A stretch of DNA of 64,000 bases, taken from positions 87,482,001 to 87,546,000 of the forward strand of contig JBITNC010000001.1 in assembly GCA_050084985.1 (NCBI GenBank), in the 5' to 3' direction. Source of the stretch: Nageia nagi. Taxonomy: Eukaryota; Plantae; Pinophyta. Positions 35,891 to 49,986 of this stretch are shown piece by piece; position 1 is the stretch's first letter; each line of letters starts with the position of its first letter. Made by a program: the position numbers and the translations under genes. The notes beneath the pieces are model-generated. The model did no database searches, was not told the DNA's origin, and saw only the letters and a list, made by a program, of their open reading frames with translations.

Positions 35891-36795
35891 TAAACATCAT
35901 ATTAATATTTTAATAAAATTCATATCAAAATAAATTTATTAATCTTTACCTAAAGGCATAAGGAGAAATATTTAACTAGTCTTCTTAAAATATCATAAGA
36001 TACATAATACAATTTGTAGGTAAAATTTTCTACCCCTACATCTAAATAAAAACAAAAGAACATCCCACTCATTTACTTTTTAAAGAAAAAGACATGGTGC
36101 CAACCTTTGAATAAAATAACCACTATGTCTCTTCAAAGGGTACAACACTTCAATTAACAATTAATGAAACTTTATCATTATAATAAATATCATATTTGGA
36201 ATTTAATAAAATTTATGTCATTTATTAAACTTTAGCTAAAGGCATAAGGGGAAATATTTGAATAGTCTCTTTAAAATATCATAATATAATTTGTACGTGA
36301 AATTTTCCACTCCTACATCTAAAAAAAAAGAGAATAACGAAAAAAAATTCCACTCCTTTATTTTTTAAAGAAAATGACATGGTAGCAACTTTTAAATGAA
36401 ATGACCATTATGTCTCCTCAAATGCTACAACACTTTAATCAATAATTAATTATATGAAATTTTATCAAATATTATAATAAACATCATATTAAGAATTTAA
36501 TAAAATTTATGTCAAAATAAATTCATTAAATTCTAACTAAAGGCATAAGGGGGAATATTTGTCTAGGCTCTTTAAAATATCATAATACAATTTGTATGTG
36601 AATTTTTTTTTCACCCCTATATCTAAATAAAAAAGAATAACAAAAGAAAATCCCACTCCTTTACTCTTTGAAGAAAATGACATGGTAACAATTTGTAAAT
36701 AAAAGAACCACTATGTCTCTACAAATGATTCAACACTTCTAACAACCATTAATTCTATGAACCTTTACCAAACATTATGATAAACATCATATTAA
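35891..36795. repeat. Tandem repeat, 3 copies of ~295 bp
   Basis: Units start at 35891, 36184 and 36478 (taaacatcatatt...ctaaaggcataagg...gacatggt...tatgtctc); a partial fourth starts at 36781. Confidence 0.9.
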
Positions 36796-38395
36796 ATATC
36801 TCAAAATAGGACTACCTAAAAAAATATAAAAGAATACACCTTAACTTGAAGAGGAAAGAGAGACTTCTTTTCTTCATGTAACTCTGCAACAAGCTTGAGA
36901 ATAACCAAAACAAAATGAAAATAGCAAGAGATATATAGGTAGTTGTTGTTGGTATTTTTTCAATGCTCTATTCCTTTATTTACAGCTAAAAGTGTTCAAA
37001 TGTGTCCAAATGGACATCTCCTTACATCTTTAATAATTTTAGGTTAGGTTTGCTTAAAGTTGGAGATGATGGTAATGGCATTTAATACTTTGGAATCTTT
37101 TTTATTAGTTGACAATTTAGTGCCAACTCTTATCCACATCTAACACAAAAATACAAAACTAAGTAGGGTCATTTCTTTATTATTTTCTTAGATATTAAAT
37201 ATCATTTCATACCACAAAGAGACCATAGTCTCTATCTAATAGTGTTTCTACTATTAGGCTTTTGTGGCAATAATATGGATACTCATATTCAACTTTTACC
37301 CTATTAAATTTATTTTTCTAACCTTATAATAATTTTCAAAATTTAACTAAAAGTATATCTCCTTTTTCCCTCCATTTCAAAATTTGAATTTCAAAAATAC
37401 CAAATAAGGGAAAACACATCTTCACATGCGATGATCACCTCATCTTGCAGAGTAAGGTTAATCCACATATTTTTGCAAATATATTTTCATCAAGAAATTA
37501 AAAATCACAATAATTATTCTACATGCATCTACATGATTTATGATGGTCATAGGGTGTGTCCATCATTCAACACCAATCATTTCCTCCTTTTATCCTTTCA
37601 TTCACATCACCAATTCACCTTTGGTCTGTAGGGTCTTTGGGTTGCTTCTCCACTCTATGACCTATGTCAAAACATCTCAAAGCCAGTTTCAAATTGTCAC
37701 AAATGATACATATTCCCATATCAAACTTGTCCTTACCATAGTATTATGCAAACAATTCATTCAAATCCTTTATGGTACTCAAGGTCAAGCAGTGGCTTGA
37801 GGTGGGTCATGACAATTAAGGATGATAATAATTATTCTTACAAAGCTACAACTATACCTACATAGAAAAATTTGAACTTGTCAAAATTTTCTACATAGGC
37901 ATAGGTATAGCACAAAAATAAGAATTATTATTGCAAAATGTTAAAGAGGTAATTTTCACCATTAGAATATTCTTTAGTGAAGAGGTAATTTATTTCTTCT
38001 TCTAAGGTATATTTCATATCCTTCACCTCTTAATATTCATTGGCATTATTATTTCTTATTTCAAGCTCTTAAGTGAGTACATAGGAGGTTAACTAAGAGT
38101 CATCAAATATGGTAAAACTATTATTTCAAGTTTGAAATAGTGGACTTCATTTGCATTGTATGATATCTATTGAATTTATATAGGTTTTTAATTTCCCATG
38201 TAGGATTAGAAAGGACAACAAAGTCTAAATTTGACAAAAGAAAAAGCTTCTTGATTAGGGAACCTAGTGGTCAAAGGCATGATGTTTAGTTATGACCCTA
38301 ATGAAGAGGTACACTATGAATATTTGGGTAAAGTTTATTGTAAAATAATTAAATATGTTATGGGTTTCTTCATTACCTTACTTGTAATATAATAT

Positions 38396-38956
38396 TTTTA
38401 CAAATAAATTATGATATGTTGTAGTAGTATTATAAAGAATATTTGAATCATTTTAGCATAATTGAAACTATAGAGCATAATTACGTAATTATTGATCATA
38501 TGGGTATTCTTGATCATTTGAGCATAATTGTAGAACATATTTAAATCTTATTATACTTAACTTTTCATTCATGTTCTATCTACATTGCATAATTTTCATG
38601 TCTAAAAATGAAGCCCAAACATTGATGTGATTGTTATAATAAACCTATCAAAAAGTGATAAATTACCTTTCTCATGCCTGTACAATTAGACCACCATTGA
38701 ACCAAATTAGGTGCCTGATATCATAATTGGGGTGAAGTTTTTTATAAAATAATGGAAAATATTATGGTCTCCTTCATTGTTTGGCCTATAACAAATACAT
38801 TTTACAAATAAATTACGATATGTTGTAACAATATTATAGAGCATATTTGAATCATTTTAGCATAATTGAAACTATAGAGAATATTTGAATCATTTGAGCA
38901 TAATTGTGTAACTCTTGATCATATTGATATTATTGACCATTTGAGTATAATTGTAG
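38396..38956. repeat. Direct repeat of ~140-160 bp (38396-38532 / 38799-38956) with internal gcataattg subrepeats
   Basis: ttttacaaataaatta.gatatgttgta...atatttgaatcattttagcataattgaaactatagag occurs twice. Confidence 0.8.
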
Positions 38957-41186
38957 AGTCACTAAAATATATAAAATGATTTAAGTACACCATATGCACA
39001 ATTTGAAAAGTTGCATAATGAAAATTCAATTTTTATGGCCTACAATGATTGTAGGATGTGCACAAAATAGATTTATTGAAAATACCCTAAGATAGATATG
39101 AAAAATACATACGAATACAAGGTATGGACATGTAATGAAAAATATGGGAGAATTCCCTAGATATTTTTATTTCAAATGCAATTGTCAAGTGTTAAGCCTT
39201 GATAGATATATAGTTTGTAAAATACAAAAGAAGGAAAGGTAAAGTAATTGTTTGATAAGAATACATGTATGCAAAATGCAAAAGAATAGCTACTGCAATG
39301 GTGCCTCTTATCACCTTGTCTCTTCTCTATCCCCTCACCTTTGTAAACTTGAAATTCCAAATAAATTTCCATGTTATCAATTATCATAACCTTTGTATAT
39401 GTTCTACTTACAAGCAACCATGCAATTCGAATGGATAAAGGTTGTAAATACTTTAATAGCATGAGTGACTCTTATTGCATTATTACTAAGATTAGTTACA
39501 TGCATTGTTGACCTTATTAGTAGTTAAGGCTATATTTAAGAATATTTGAACTTCATTTCTAAATTTCCCATAAAAACTAATAGATATGTATGCAAAATGT
39601 GGAAGGTTCATGATGTAGACATAGTTTAATGGACTGCAATGATTGCAAGATAGGCAATTCATGGTTATGATAAGGATGAACTTAAACTTTGATCTTATGA
39701 AGAACTTGGGAACCAAATGTTTTTTCTATATTTGGTTAAGTATTACAAGCATGATTTTTCCAAATTACCACTTTTGGACTAGTTTTTAATACTTCAAAAT
39801 TTCTAAGGGAAGAATTTAAAGTTCTTGAGCCTAATATAGTGATCTGGGATGATACAACACTTAGGAATGTTATAGGCTCTAAAATAAAATCAAATTATCC
39901 TAGATATTACTTTTTAAATATAATTATAAATATATCAAGAATACCTTTCCAATGAGTAATTACATAGCTCAAATAAATTTATGGATCTTTGGTAATCTCA
40001 ATTTGAAATTTCTAGGTCATAAACAAAGTATTCCAAACTTTATACATACCACTCAGGTGAAATCCAACTTTTCTAGGTCAAATTTGGAATATTTTGTCTA
40101 GCACATAAGGTTTTTGAGGTGATGATGTTATAAGCTTAATTCTAAGGCCTAGGAAAAAGATAAAATTGAAGGTCATGTAGGAAGGGAACTAGTTTATGTG
40201 GTCACTTTGAAAGCATGTAACTTGGTTGATTCTTATTGAAAAATAGGAGTTTTATATAGCATTGGAAATGGAAAGATATCTAATGGTTAATTACTAATGG
40301 AAAATAGAGAAGAATAGACAAGTAAAAATCAACTAGAAGTAAAATATTCCATAGAGCTTGCTAAGTAAGTTTGTGTAAATACGAGTTGGGATATTATGGA
40401 TTTTGAGTTTGATATACCAAAAAGTGTAGCATATTATATATGGTTCAAAATTTATTAAAGTCACCTATCCCAAGAAAATGAAATCATAATAAAAGGAGAT
40501 ATAGAATGAAATTTATAGCCTCTAAAAGCAAAATGATCCTAAAATAGGATGATTTGAGATACCCATGAATATATCCAAAAGAATTGTATAAAAAAAAAAT
40601 TAATAAGTACCTACTTAGGTAAAATACCACCGAATAGTTGAATATCACCTTTGAATATCTTTAGAACACTTCTACAAGGATCTATAAGTATTTTCTCGAA
40701 TAAACACACCAAGAAATAGAAATAAACTACATAATCACAAAAAGGAGTTGTAGAATAATTTATTTTTTATTGCTATTACATATTGAATGACTTATAGTTA
40801 CATTACAATGGTTACTCATCCCTATATATATCTGGAGAAAATATATTGAGTGTTTGACACTCCAAAAATTCTGATAGAAGTATATAATTTGCTCAAGAAA
40901 TTAGGAAAAACATAAATGGATGTCCATTAATTTTGAAAAAATGTATGGATGTCCATGTATTTACAATTGAAGAAGTTCTAATGGAATAAAAATAATATTT
41001 TGAGCATTTAAAGCTCAACTACATTCCTACAACTAGAATTAAAGTGGGTAGCTAAAGTATATATTTGTAGTAGTCATTGGTGGGATATTTTTTTTTTATC
41101 AAAATTTTAAATTTCAAACCATGGATCATTAATTTATTTCACTGAGTTGAATAGTTTCTTTCCTACTCCAAGATAGTTTTTGAAAC

Positions 41187-41450
41187 ATATGGTGTATATA
41201 AATAATTTCATATCACATGGTCTATTTAGATATTGCAATGGGTGGTATGAATTTCTTGGAGGTTTCAAATAACATATTTGATTTTTCTATGACTTCATGA
41301 GGTTTCAAAAATGCTTAGATAATCACATTTGATTTTTTCATATCATATAGTATATTTAGATCATTTCATATCATATGGTACAATTGGATCATTTTAGACC
41401 ATATGGTGTACTTGGATAATCTCATATCATATAGTGCAATTACATCATGA
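41187..41450. repeat. Degenerate ~28-bp minisatellite
   Basis: Recurrent atatggtgtatttagataatttcatatc-like units, about four in tandem at 41335-41450. Confidence 0.65.
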
Positions 41451-42549
41451 TACAAGAGCATTGTATAAGCATAATATTTTATTTTAATATGTAAGAGTTG
41501 GTTATATTTCATTTTAAATTAGCTTATATTTCTTTAATTCCTTGTGTCACTAGAATAGTTTGCAATCAATTCAAATTAGGATATTTATTGATTTGTAAGC
41601 AAATAGATCTGGCTATGATATTTATTGGTAACTGCAATATGTTGTACAAATTAAAATTATATGTAGTCATTCTGTAAGTAGGTCTCTCAACAAAATGATG
41701 GAGTCCTATTGTCAAAAAACCACTACAAGTATTCAATCCCATGCCAATTTTCAATAAACAATATTATAAGGAAACATGTTTCATTAGAAATAAGAGTCTT
41801 CATGTAAGAAATTTTGATAGACAAGTGGAAATAAATATACAAATATCACATGAAGTTTAGAAATAGATAACATATATCATTAGAAATAGGTAACATATAT
41901 CATTAGAAATATCCTCCATTTTAGGTGGATGAAGCTTAGGATCAATAATATTTTATGCATTCAAATTTTTATATATCATATTAAGATTTTCCTTATACAA
42001 TTTAAAACCATATAATAAAAAATAAAGATTATAAGTGCATGTAGAATTTATTGAGTTGTTTATGCTTGATTTTGGTTTAAATAGTTCACTAATTTTCTTT
42101 CTACGTATAAAATTTTGACCTTTCTTTCCATTACATTTAGATGTCATTTTTCCTACAAGAAATAATATTAATGTCAGCAATGAGATCTTTAAAATTTATT
42201 TCAAAAATAATTATTATGATTCAATCACCTTATCTTATCATTTTATAAAGGGATACTAGTCTTGATCCAAAGGACACTCACTTTGATATAAATGATTCTC
42301 ATCTTGAAGTTATAGGCTTCTCATTTTCTTTGACAAGATACTTGTGTTTTGCAATAATATGCTTATCTTCTATAACAATATGCTCATATTTGCATGAAGA
42401 GAGTTTTAGAGTATCTCCTTAAATCCTCCTAATGAACATCTTATTGTGTTTGAATCTTAGGAATGATCAATATACTGAGATTTCAATTCCACACCTTTTA
42501 TTAAGAGAAGAAATCTATCTATTACTAACCTAGGAAGGTAGCTTTGAGG

Positions 42550-42911
42550 TGTTAAGAATCTTATGTGCACAAAAATCTTATCTCCTATAATGCCTAATAC
42601 CATATGGATTTCTTACCGAATTCTCATTTGAGATACACACACACTTACATGAATTCTATAACTATTTATAATAGGGAACAAATCAATGACAAAAAATGAA
42701 ATGATAACATGAAGTAAGAGACAACAAGAAATAATGATTATAGATAATGAAACTCAATCCATGTAACATATAGATTACATATTCATTTACAACATATAAC
42801 CATTTGATAGAATATAGAAATGATAGGAAATAATAATGACAATAGGAAAAATTAACAATAAAGTAAACAAAACTTGATAAAGACAAATTGACTACCATTC
42901 AAGACACAACA
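42550..42911 (-). repeat. Putative 3' LTR (362 bp) of truncated element D
   Basis: On the minus strand, purine tract aggaaagaagg (42913-42923) is followed by TGTTG...TTAACA termini with an internal TATA (ctattataaatag). No partner LTR was found. Confidence 0.55.
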
Positions 42912-43489
42912 ACCTTCTTTCCTAATGGGGGCCCTTCCACCAAACACATAGGCTCACTCCCAATGGAAAATAACATTCATAAATTTAACTTAGAACTAAA
43001 AAATGAGTAATACTAATATATACTTTATTATATTAAGATGTCAATAACAGTCTTCTAGATTCATATACAACAAAGATAAAACAATATCCAAGATTACCAA
43101 CCAAACTATATATCTATTGCTACTATTTATTATAAGAACTATCTATGTGTCAATGGCTAAATTGATCTATCATATAGGGCTCAAGTCCATGATGATTAAA
43201 AAAAAATATTAATTCCTATAACTAAATAAGGGTCTTCTATTGCAATAGTCATGATCCTAATATGCATGGTCTTTGTCCAAAATAAGACTTGTATATATGA
43301 TTCATGAAGGGTACTATAATGGTTTGATCCACACATCTACTTGATTCACCAACATGTAAAATATATGTTTGCTAATATGGCCTTACTCCTTCAAAATATA
43401 ACATTAGTCTGACTTTTTACACCTACAGATAAAACACCAAAATAGATATTTAAACTATCATTATTATTCACTTTAGGATAAAATAGACT

Positions 43490-46424
43490 AACTTGCAATG
43501 TGATCATGTGGGTTTGGTAAAGGAAATGGTGGGTTTTGGAGGATAATTCCTTGCCCCATCATCCCCCTAGTTGAAGACTCTACACATCCTTAGGAAGCAT
43601 CCTAAATTTCATAGTCAATTTTAAATTCATTCATTTGAAGTTTACATTTTCTTCTTAGATCATTTACAAAAATATTTTCTTGAAAATCCACAAAGGGGGT
43701 CCATATAAGCAATGGATGAAATTGAATTCCAATCCAATTAATACCATGCTCTAAGATAATTGTTGCATATACATCAAATTGATCCACTATTTCCTTAAAG
43801 GTTAGATAAGAGTGGGACTTACCTTTCTATTGTTTAATTCATAACTCTACCTAGTGATAAGAAGATTTTGTATTAGCCAAAGAAAATTTTTCATGAAAAT
43901 ACCCCTTATACATATTCACAACTTCCCTCTAAATTTTTGAATGATGTTCCTTGAATTCTTTATGAATAGTCAATATCCTCATATTATTTTTTATTTCTAC
44001 AACTATCTTATGTTCTAATATGACCATAAAAAATGTTTGCATTTCAAGGGCATCATAGGCCATCTTTTATTCCTACCTAGTTATTTCATTAAGAATTATA
44101 GAATATAAGGCTCCTAATTAGACATCCCCTACTACTATATTGATATTCAGACAAGAATGAGTTGGTAATAGATATCCATATATATAAACTTCACACAAAA
44201 TTTTTTGATTCCTTTCACTAACATTATCAAATACCCAAGAAAAGAATTTTGGATCATGGATTTTAACCTCATGTACCTCCAAAGTAGCATCCAAATTTAC
44301 TAATAACCACTTCTATCTAAGAATTAAAGCATACACTCTAGGTGGTGGTGTATATTCAATAATTTGCTCCACAAAACCAACAATAAGTTTACATGAGGAG
44401 TGTAAGGAGGTTAAATTACCATTCAAAACATCAAATTATTTTTCTTTCTCATGTAAAGACTTATTATATTCCTCTAATACCTCCTATTATTCCTTCATAT
44501 TTTATTCATATTTATGTTCTAGAGCCCACATTTTCTTCATGTTTATGGAAAACCAAGAATCCCTAGTCATACTCCTCAGGTTCTTTATTTATCTTAGTAT
44601 TTTCCTCCTAACTTGGTTTAAAGTTAGCTTGTAACTTTTGCAACTCCTCCTTGATGATATTAATTTCAATTTTTCCTCAATTCTTGTATACTCTAGCTTT
44701 CCTGTAACTCCTTCACTTAATACAATTTTTGTAAGGCATCTTCCACCTTCTATAACTCTCCCTTCCTGACACTATTTAATTCTTATATATTGATTTTTAT
44801 AGTTTTCAACTCTTATAATATTTGTGTTTTATTACTTTGTAGCTCTTCCACTTCTAGTTTGGTCTGTTGCAGTTCCTATAATTATTTATTCTTTTGTTAC
44901 AATTCTTGTGATAAGTCTTTTGCTACTTGATAAGATGCCAATAATGGTTCCATAATTTATTATTTCTCTTCCTTTATTTGCTTGTTTAGGATCTTATTCT
45001 GCTCAATTTTGTATTGTAACCAAGTGGTCACTAGGGTTTCAATAGTAGCCTCCTCCTATGGTGATAAGATTTGGGTTTCCTTATCCATTTTGGATGAGGA
45101 TTCATTTTGTTAAAGCTATTGAACTTCATCTTTCAACTATCTATTTTCAAATACCTTCCTTCCTACTAGCATAATCATTTAAATGTTCCCTATTTACAAA
45201 GCCTCAAATTCATAAATATCAGCAATAGTAGTTTGTGAATACCCTGCATCCCTTAAATCTTTTTTCATATTTTCTTTGAATTACATTTGATCTACTAGAA
45301 AGGATTCCAACTCCTATTATTTAATGTAAATACACCTTTATTCTTTCTTCCCTTCTTCACTGTGTTTAGTATCATGTGGAGTTGAGTAATCCATATCCCA
45401 TTCTTCCTCTAGTGTTTATTTTCCTTCTCCATACAAAACTTTATGTACATTAGTATAGAATGCATCATACCCAAAATCTCTAAGGGTACTAAAATATTCC
45501 TCTTCTTATGATTCGTTATGCTTTGTAGAATATAGATCTAGCATTTTATCACCTCTTGTGGTAGTGGGAGAGTCTATATCAATTTTTTCTTTTTTCTTCT
45601 TCCTCTCTAACAAAATTTGTACCCAACACCTTCATATGATGCCCTTAGTTTCTTAATCATTGGAAATATAACTATCAGTGGGACTCTATGGTTCCTTCTA
45701 AGAGAGTTCTTATGGCTATGGGTGTGATTAAAAAGAATACCTTACAAGTTCTTATGGTATCCTCTTAGTGGGTTGTGGTATACCAGATATGCCATTTTGC
45801 AAAAACTCTATCTAGATTATGCATGGATATTATGTTTTGAGAGCATGTTTAATTAGTAACTAAATAATACCATGGTATGTTAAACAATTTTGCCCATATT
45901 TTTGGAATTATGTTGTCATTATAGAAAGTGATTTTCTTAATAAATATGGCAACTTAACTAATTTATCATGACACATATGAGCTAATAACCATAGGTGATG
46001 AGTGAAAATATAATTGGTATGACCCTCATAGGTAATATAAGCAATAAGATGAGTAGATACCTCAATCCCAATATGTTGGTAAAGAGATTCAATTAATGCC
46101 ATGTGAATACTCCTATAGTTTCTCATCAGGTAGGAGGAATTATCTTTTATTTATTGTGGCACTCATTTTAAACCACCTTTCACTCGAGTGTGGAAGTATT
46201 GTGACTTCTATTATCATCTCTTCAAATATGGGAACCCATAATCCTTTTACTATGAATTCTTCATTACATGTGTGGGTAAACTCCTTAGTAATGGCTTCAT
46301 CATACCCATGGAGATTCTCAGTATATGGAAGCCATCCATTTATGTGAAATACTTCCATGGCTTTTAGTGAAGCCAAAATCTTAGCCATGCTCAGGGGCTC
46401 AAAGCAATAATGTTGGCTAGACAT
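43490..46424 (-). pseudogene. Degenerate retrotransposon extra ORF (env-like position) of element D
   Basis: MSSQHYCFEP...GWLPYTENLHGYDEAITKEF...EEMIIEVTILPHSSERWFK...KLPYLLRKSL...YHGII.LLI, followed by an E/K/L-rich coiled-coil-like region. It lies upstream of a PPT-LTR. The 3' end is approximate. Confidence 0.65.
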
Positions 46425-47354
46425 GGTGCAAATTGCAAACTTGTATTTCAAATTGTAGAGGCTTCATTTGATGGAAAGGCCAAGTGGGTGAGCAAAATTA
46501 GTCATATGTCAAGAAGTAAATATGTTTAGGGTAATGTAAGAGATAGGAAACAACACACTCTTCCCCCTAGCTAAAAGTTGATAGTTTTCATTAGTAGTCA
46601 ACATCAAAGGAGAAGGTCACAAATTTGGAAAGGCCATGATCCCTAAGATAAATTTAATGCATGGAAAAGGATAAGGATGATATCATGTGGTGATTAGAAT
46701 GGTATTAGGACATGACATGGGGTGATAAAGGAATAATAAAGAAATGTGGGTTTAATTTAAGTATTTACATGAAGGATAATTAAATAATTATGGTAAATAC
46801 AATGAGTTGTAAGTGAAATGATGGTGGAATAAAGAAAATAATAAATCAAGTTTAACTATAATGTAAAATGATGTAACACCTATACATGGAATATGAACTT
46901 ATCGATGATAGGCACAAGTTAAAGTTTAAATCTCAATGTGACCTTTATGCCATCAAATAAATTATGTGAGAATGGTAATATTCGATACAAATATTCCTAT
47001 AAACATCAGGATGTAGAACACAAGTGGCACATAATGCTTACATTGATCATCTCTCTTGAGATAAGGTATAATCAAAGCACTTAGGAAGAACAAAGACCAA
47101 AAGAGTCCTATAATCATGTGTAATAAGAAAATCTAAAATATGGAAACACAAGCAATAAGAGGTAATGTAATATTATTGTAATTCAGAGTATAAGAATGCA
47201 AGGGTCAATGCTACCCATGAATATAGTAGATTACTATAAGGGATATCTTGTAATCATGAAATTACAAAATTCTATACAAAGAGAACATCATAGACTATTA
47301 TAGGAAAATTAAGGAAAAATATCCAATAGAGATAACTTTGTCTAAACTAATATG

Positions 47355-47356
<2 letters not shown>

Positions 47357-47413
<57 letters not shown>
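47357..47413. repeat. (TA)n microsatellite
   Basis: Visible directly. Confidence 0.95.
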
Positions 47414-47418
<5 letters not shown>

Positions 47419-49986
47419 TGATAGATACCATCAAACCATTTTTCAATTATCTCTCTTTTATTTCTTTATCACATAAGGATTAGGTGGAAGAAGTAACTTC
47501 AACCACAACAAATATTGATTAGTTCATACTCAAAAAGTAACCGTGTTGGAAAACAAGCTAAGAAAAATTACAACCAACATTTTTTTATTATTATTTTTTA
47601 AATAAACCTTGACAATACAATTACAAATATCTATGATTCATTGCCTTGTAAGAGGTATTTTTCCAAAATAGTCTTTTGGCTACTGTGGCCTTTTACAGAA
47701 TCATTGGCAACCCATTTTAGTTATTCGATGATTGGTCCTAATAATTGGCATCCAATGCCAATCATTGGCATTTCTACAACAATGTATGCAAGCTTTGAAA
47801 ATTATCTTCTAAAACCTATAAAAAGTTTGTGTTTCTCTTCTTCAACTCTATATGAATATCACCAATTAGTTTCATTGCTCTGCACCTATGGACCTTGTAC
47901 ACATGCAAACAAAAAGGATATCAAAATACTTGTTCATACCATAAATAATAAGCATAGTACTGAACATAAACAAGCATGTAAAAGCATGAAATAGTAATGC
48001 ACTTAACTTACTAAGTTTGGATGTATTTTAGTAGAGCATCTTTTGATTCAAACTAGGTTCCTTGCTTCAATATTGAAAGCTTTATTTATAGACTTCAGAA
48101 ATAGGTCAAGTTTCTAATTTTGAGACAAAAACATGGATAAAAAAAGCCTCTCTAGCTTTTTCAAGATAGTGATTCACAGTGTGGGTATGTGGGATGGATG
48201 ATGAGTCATCCATCATCCCTTGCTTTCTTCCAAATATGCTTTAAGAGTTGCCATTTTTATTTTGCTTTTGTCAATTATCTAGTTGCTGACATCTAGGTAT
48301 CAAACATTGATGTCTTATCCGAGTTACCAATAATTGAATTCCAATGTTGATGATTGGTAGACTATAGTAAAATTTTATAATAATATTTTAATTTTCTATC
48401 CTTCTTTTGTATATTGAAAGAATGGTCATTTTTGGGTGTCTAAATTTTTCCCCTTGTTGATTATCTACTAATTGTAAGCAAGGGATAATTCAAAAACTTA
48501 CCTTTCTAGAGGTGGATGCATTCAAATTTCTTAACTTATGTTTTCAACTTTAGTTAATGATTTGGATTAACCTATTCTCTATGAATAAGAAAAATTTTAT
48601 TAATTGAATTATAAATAAATCTATTTTTTGTTATTTTGCATTTGAAATGTTTTGAAAGTAGAGTGGTTGCATTATCAAAGTGAAACTTATGTGTATCACT
48701 ATACTATGTGTTATTTATTCCAATTGTGTGATAATATACTATGTCATCTCAACATGATGAAGAAAGCATGTGATAGGGAAGCATACTTTGCAAATACAAT
48801 TATTTTGATTATTCTACTTTTTCATCCTAGCAATAGGGATACATGGTGATCTTGTGCAAAAGTTCATATGATGTACTTAGTCACATTCAATCATGTCATT
48901 CCTTTTCCTATCAAAAGAAGGGTCATTTTTCAAATTTGGAATTACTCATAAGTTTTAGTTTTTCCAAAGCATTCAAAGTAGGTCAAATCGACAAGTAAGA
49001 GACTTGTTCATTTTTAACTTTGACATATTTTTATAATTATATATACATATATATATTAAATATGTAAGGTGTAAGATGGTAGTTTTCTTGATGTTACCTT
49101 GCAAGGGATCCAAGATGAGAGTTTTATGGAATATGTATTATGTATTTTTATGTATGCAAATTTATATACACACATGTTTTCCATCTAGATTCTTAGTACA
49201 ATACTAGAAGAAAGGCTATATATATATACCTGTATTATCTAAGTATACTTTGCCATCTTAATTTTGATATAAACCTAAGCTATACCTAAACTAGGAGGGA
49301 CTAAGTTTTTATATATATATTTTTTATTAGTTGTTTATTTTTATTTTTTGGATATTTTAATATTTTATCAATCACCAATGATTGGGTCAAATCTTGATGT
49401 ACCCCCTCAATCATCGATGTCCAACTTAAAATCACCAGTGTCCCAAGTTGTGGTCCAAATAATAAGACAAAATGAGTTATCATTTTCTCATTTATCTTTT
49501 GTTGTTCTTGTGAGCTCTTACTGACTTATTGTGATTTTCCCACCATGTACCATCTATTTGCTTTCTCTATCACTTTTCATGAGCTAGTATCCCATCAAGG
49601 AGGAGACCAACTGTCCAAATATGGCCAATCAGAGAGGGGGTAGGGTTTAAAACCCTCCCTTTTTAATTTTTATGTAATATGTTAATTTTAGGTCTTATTT
49701 TGAAATTCTAAATTTATAGAAGTAATTATCTTCATGTTTAAGTATTTTTCAATAGTTTAGATTTTGTATTTAGCTTTTTTTAGCATTTGAACCCTTTTTT
49801 GGTGCCTTGGCCATAGTCATTGGCTAGGATCGAGGGGTTTCAAGGTCATCAACATTTAGCTAACAAACATCGGTGACTTTATAGCCTAGCTACTCGATTA
49901 TTGGTGTTCAACCTTGAAGTTAATTTTTTTTACTTAAACTTAAGTTAGAATTAGGAATTAATTAATTTTTATTTTAGGTTTGAGCT

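Noticed and set aside
39500-41050. Possible minus-strand LTR remnant (TATA at ~40825, poly(A)-like signal at ~40765); similar hints at 33808-35250 and 47630-48445
   Set aside because: No partner copy, clear termini, PBS/PPT or TSD could be established.
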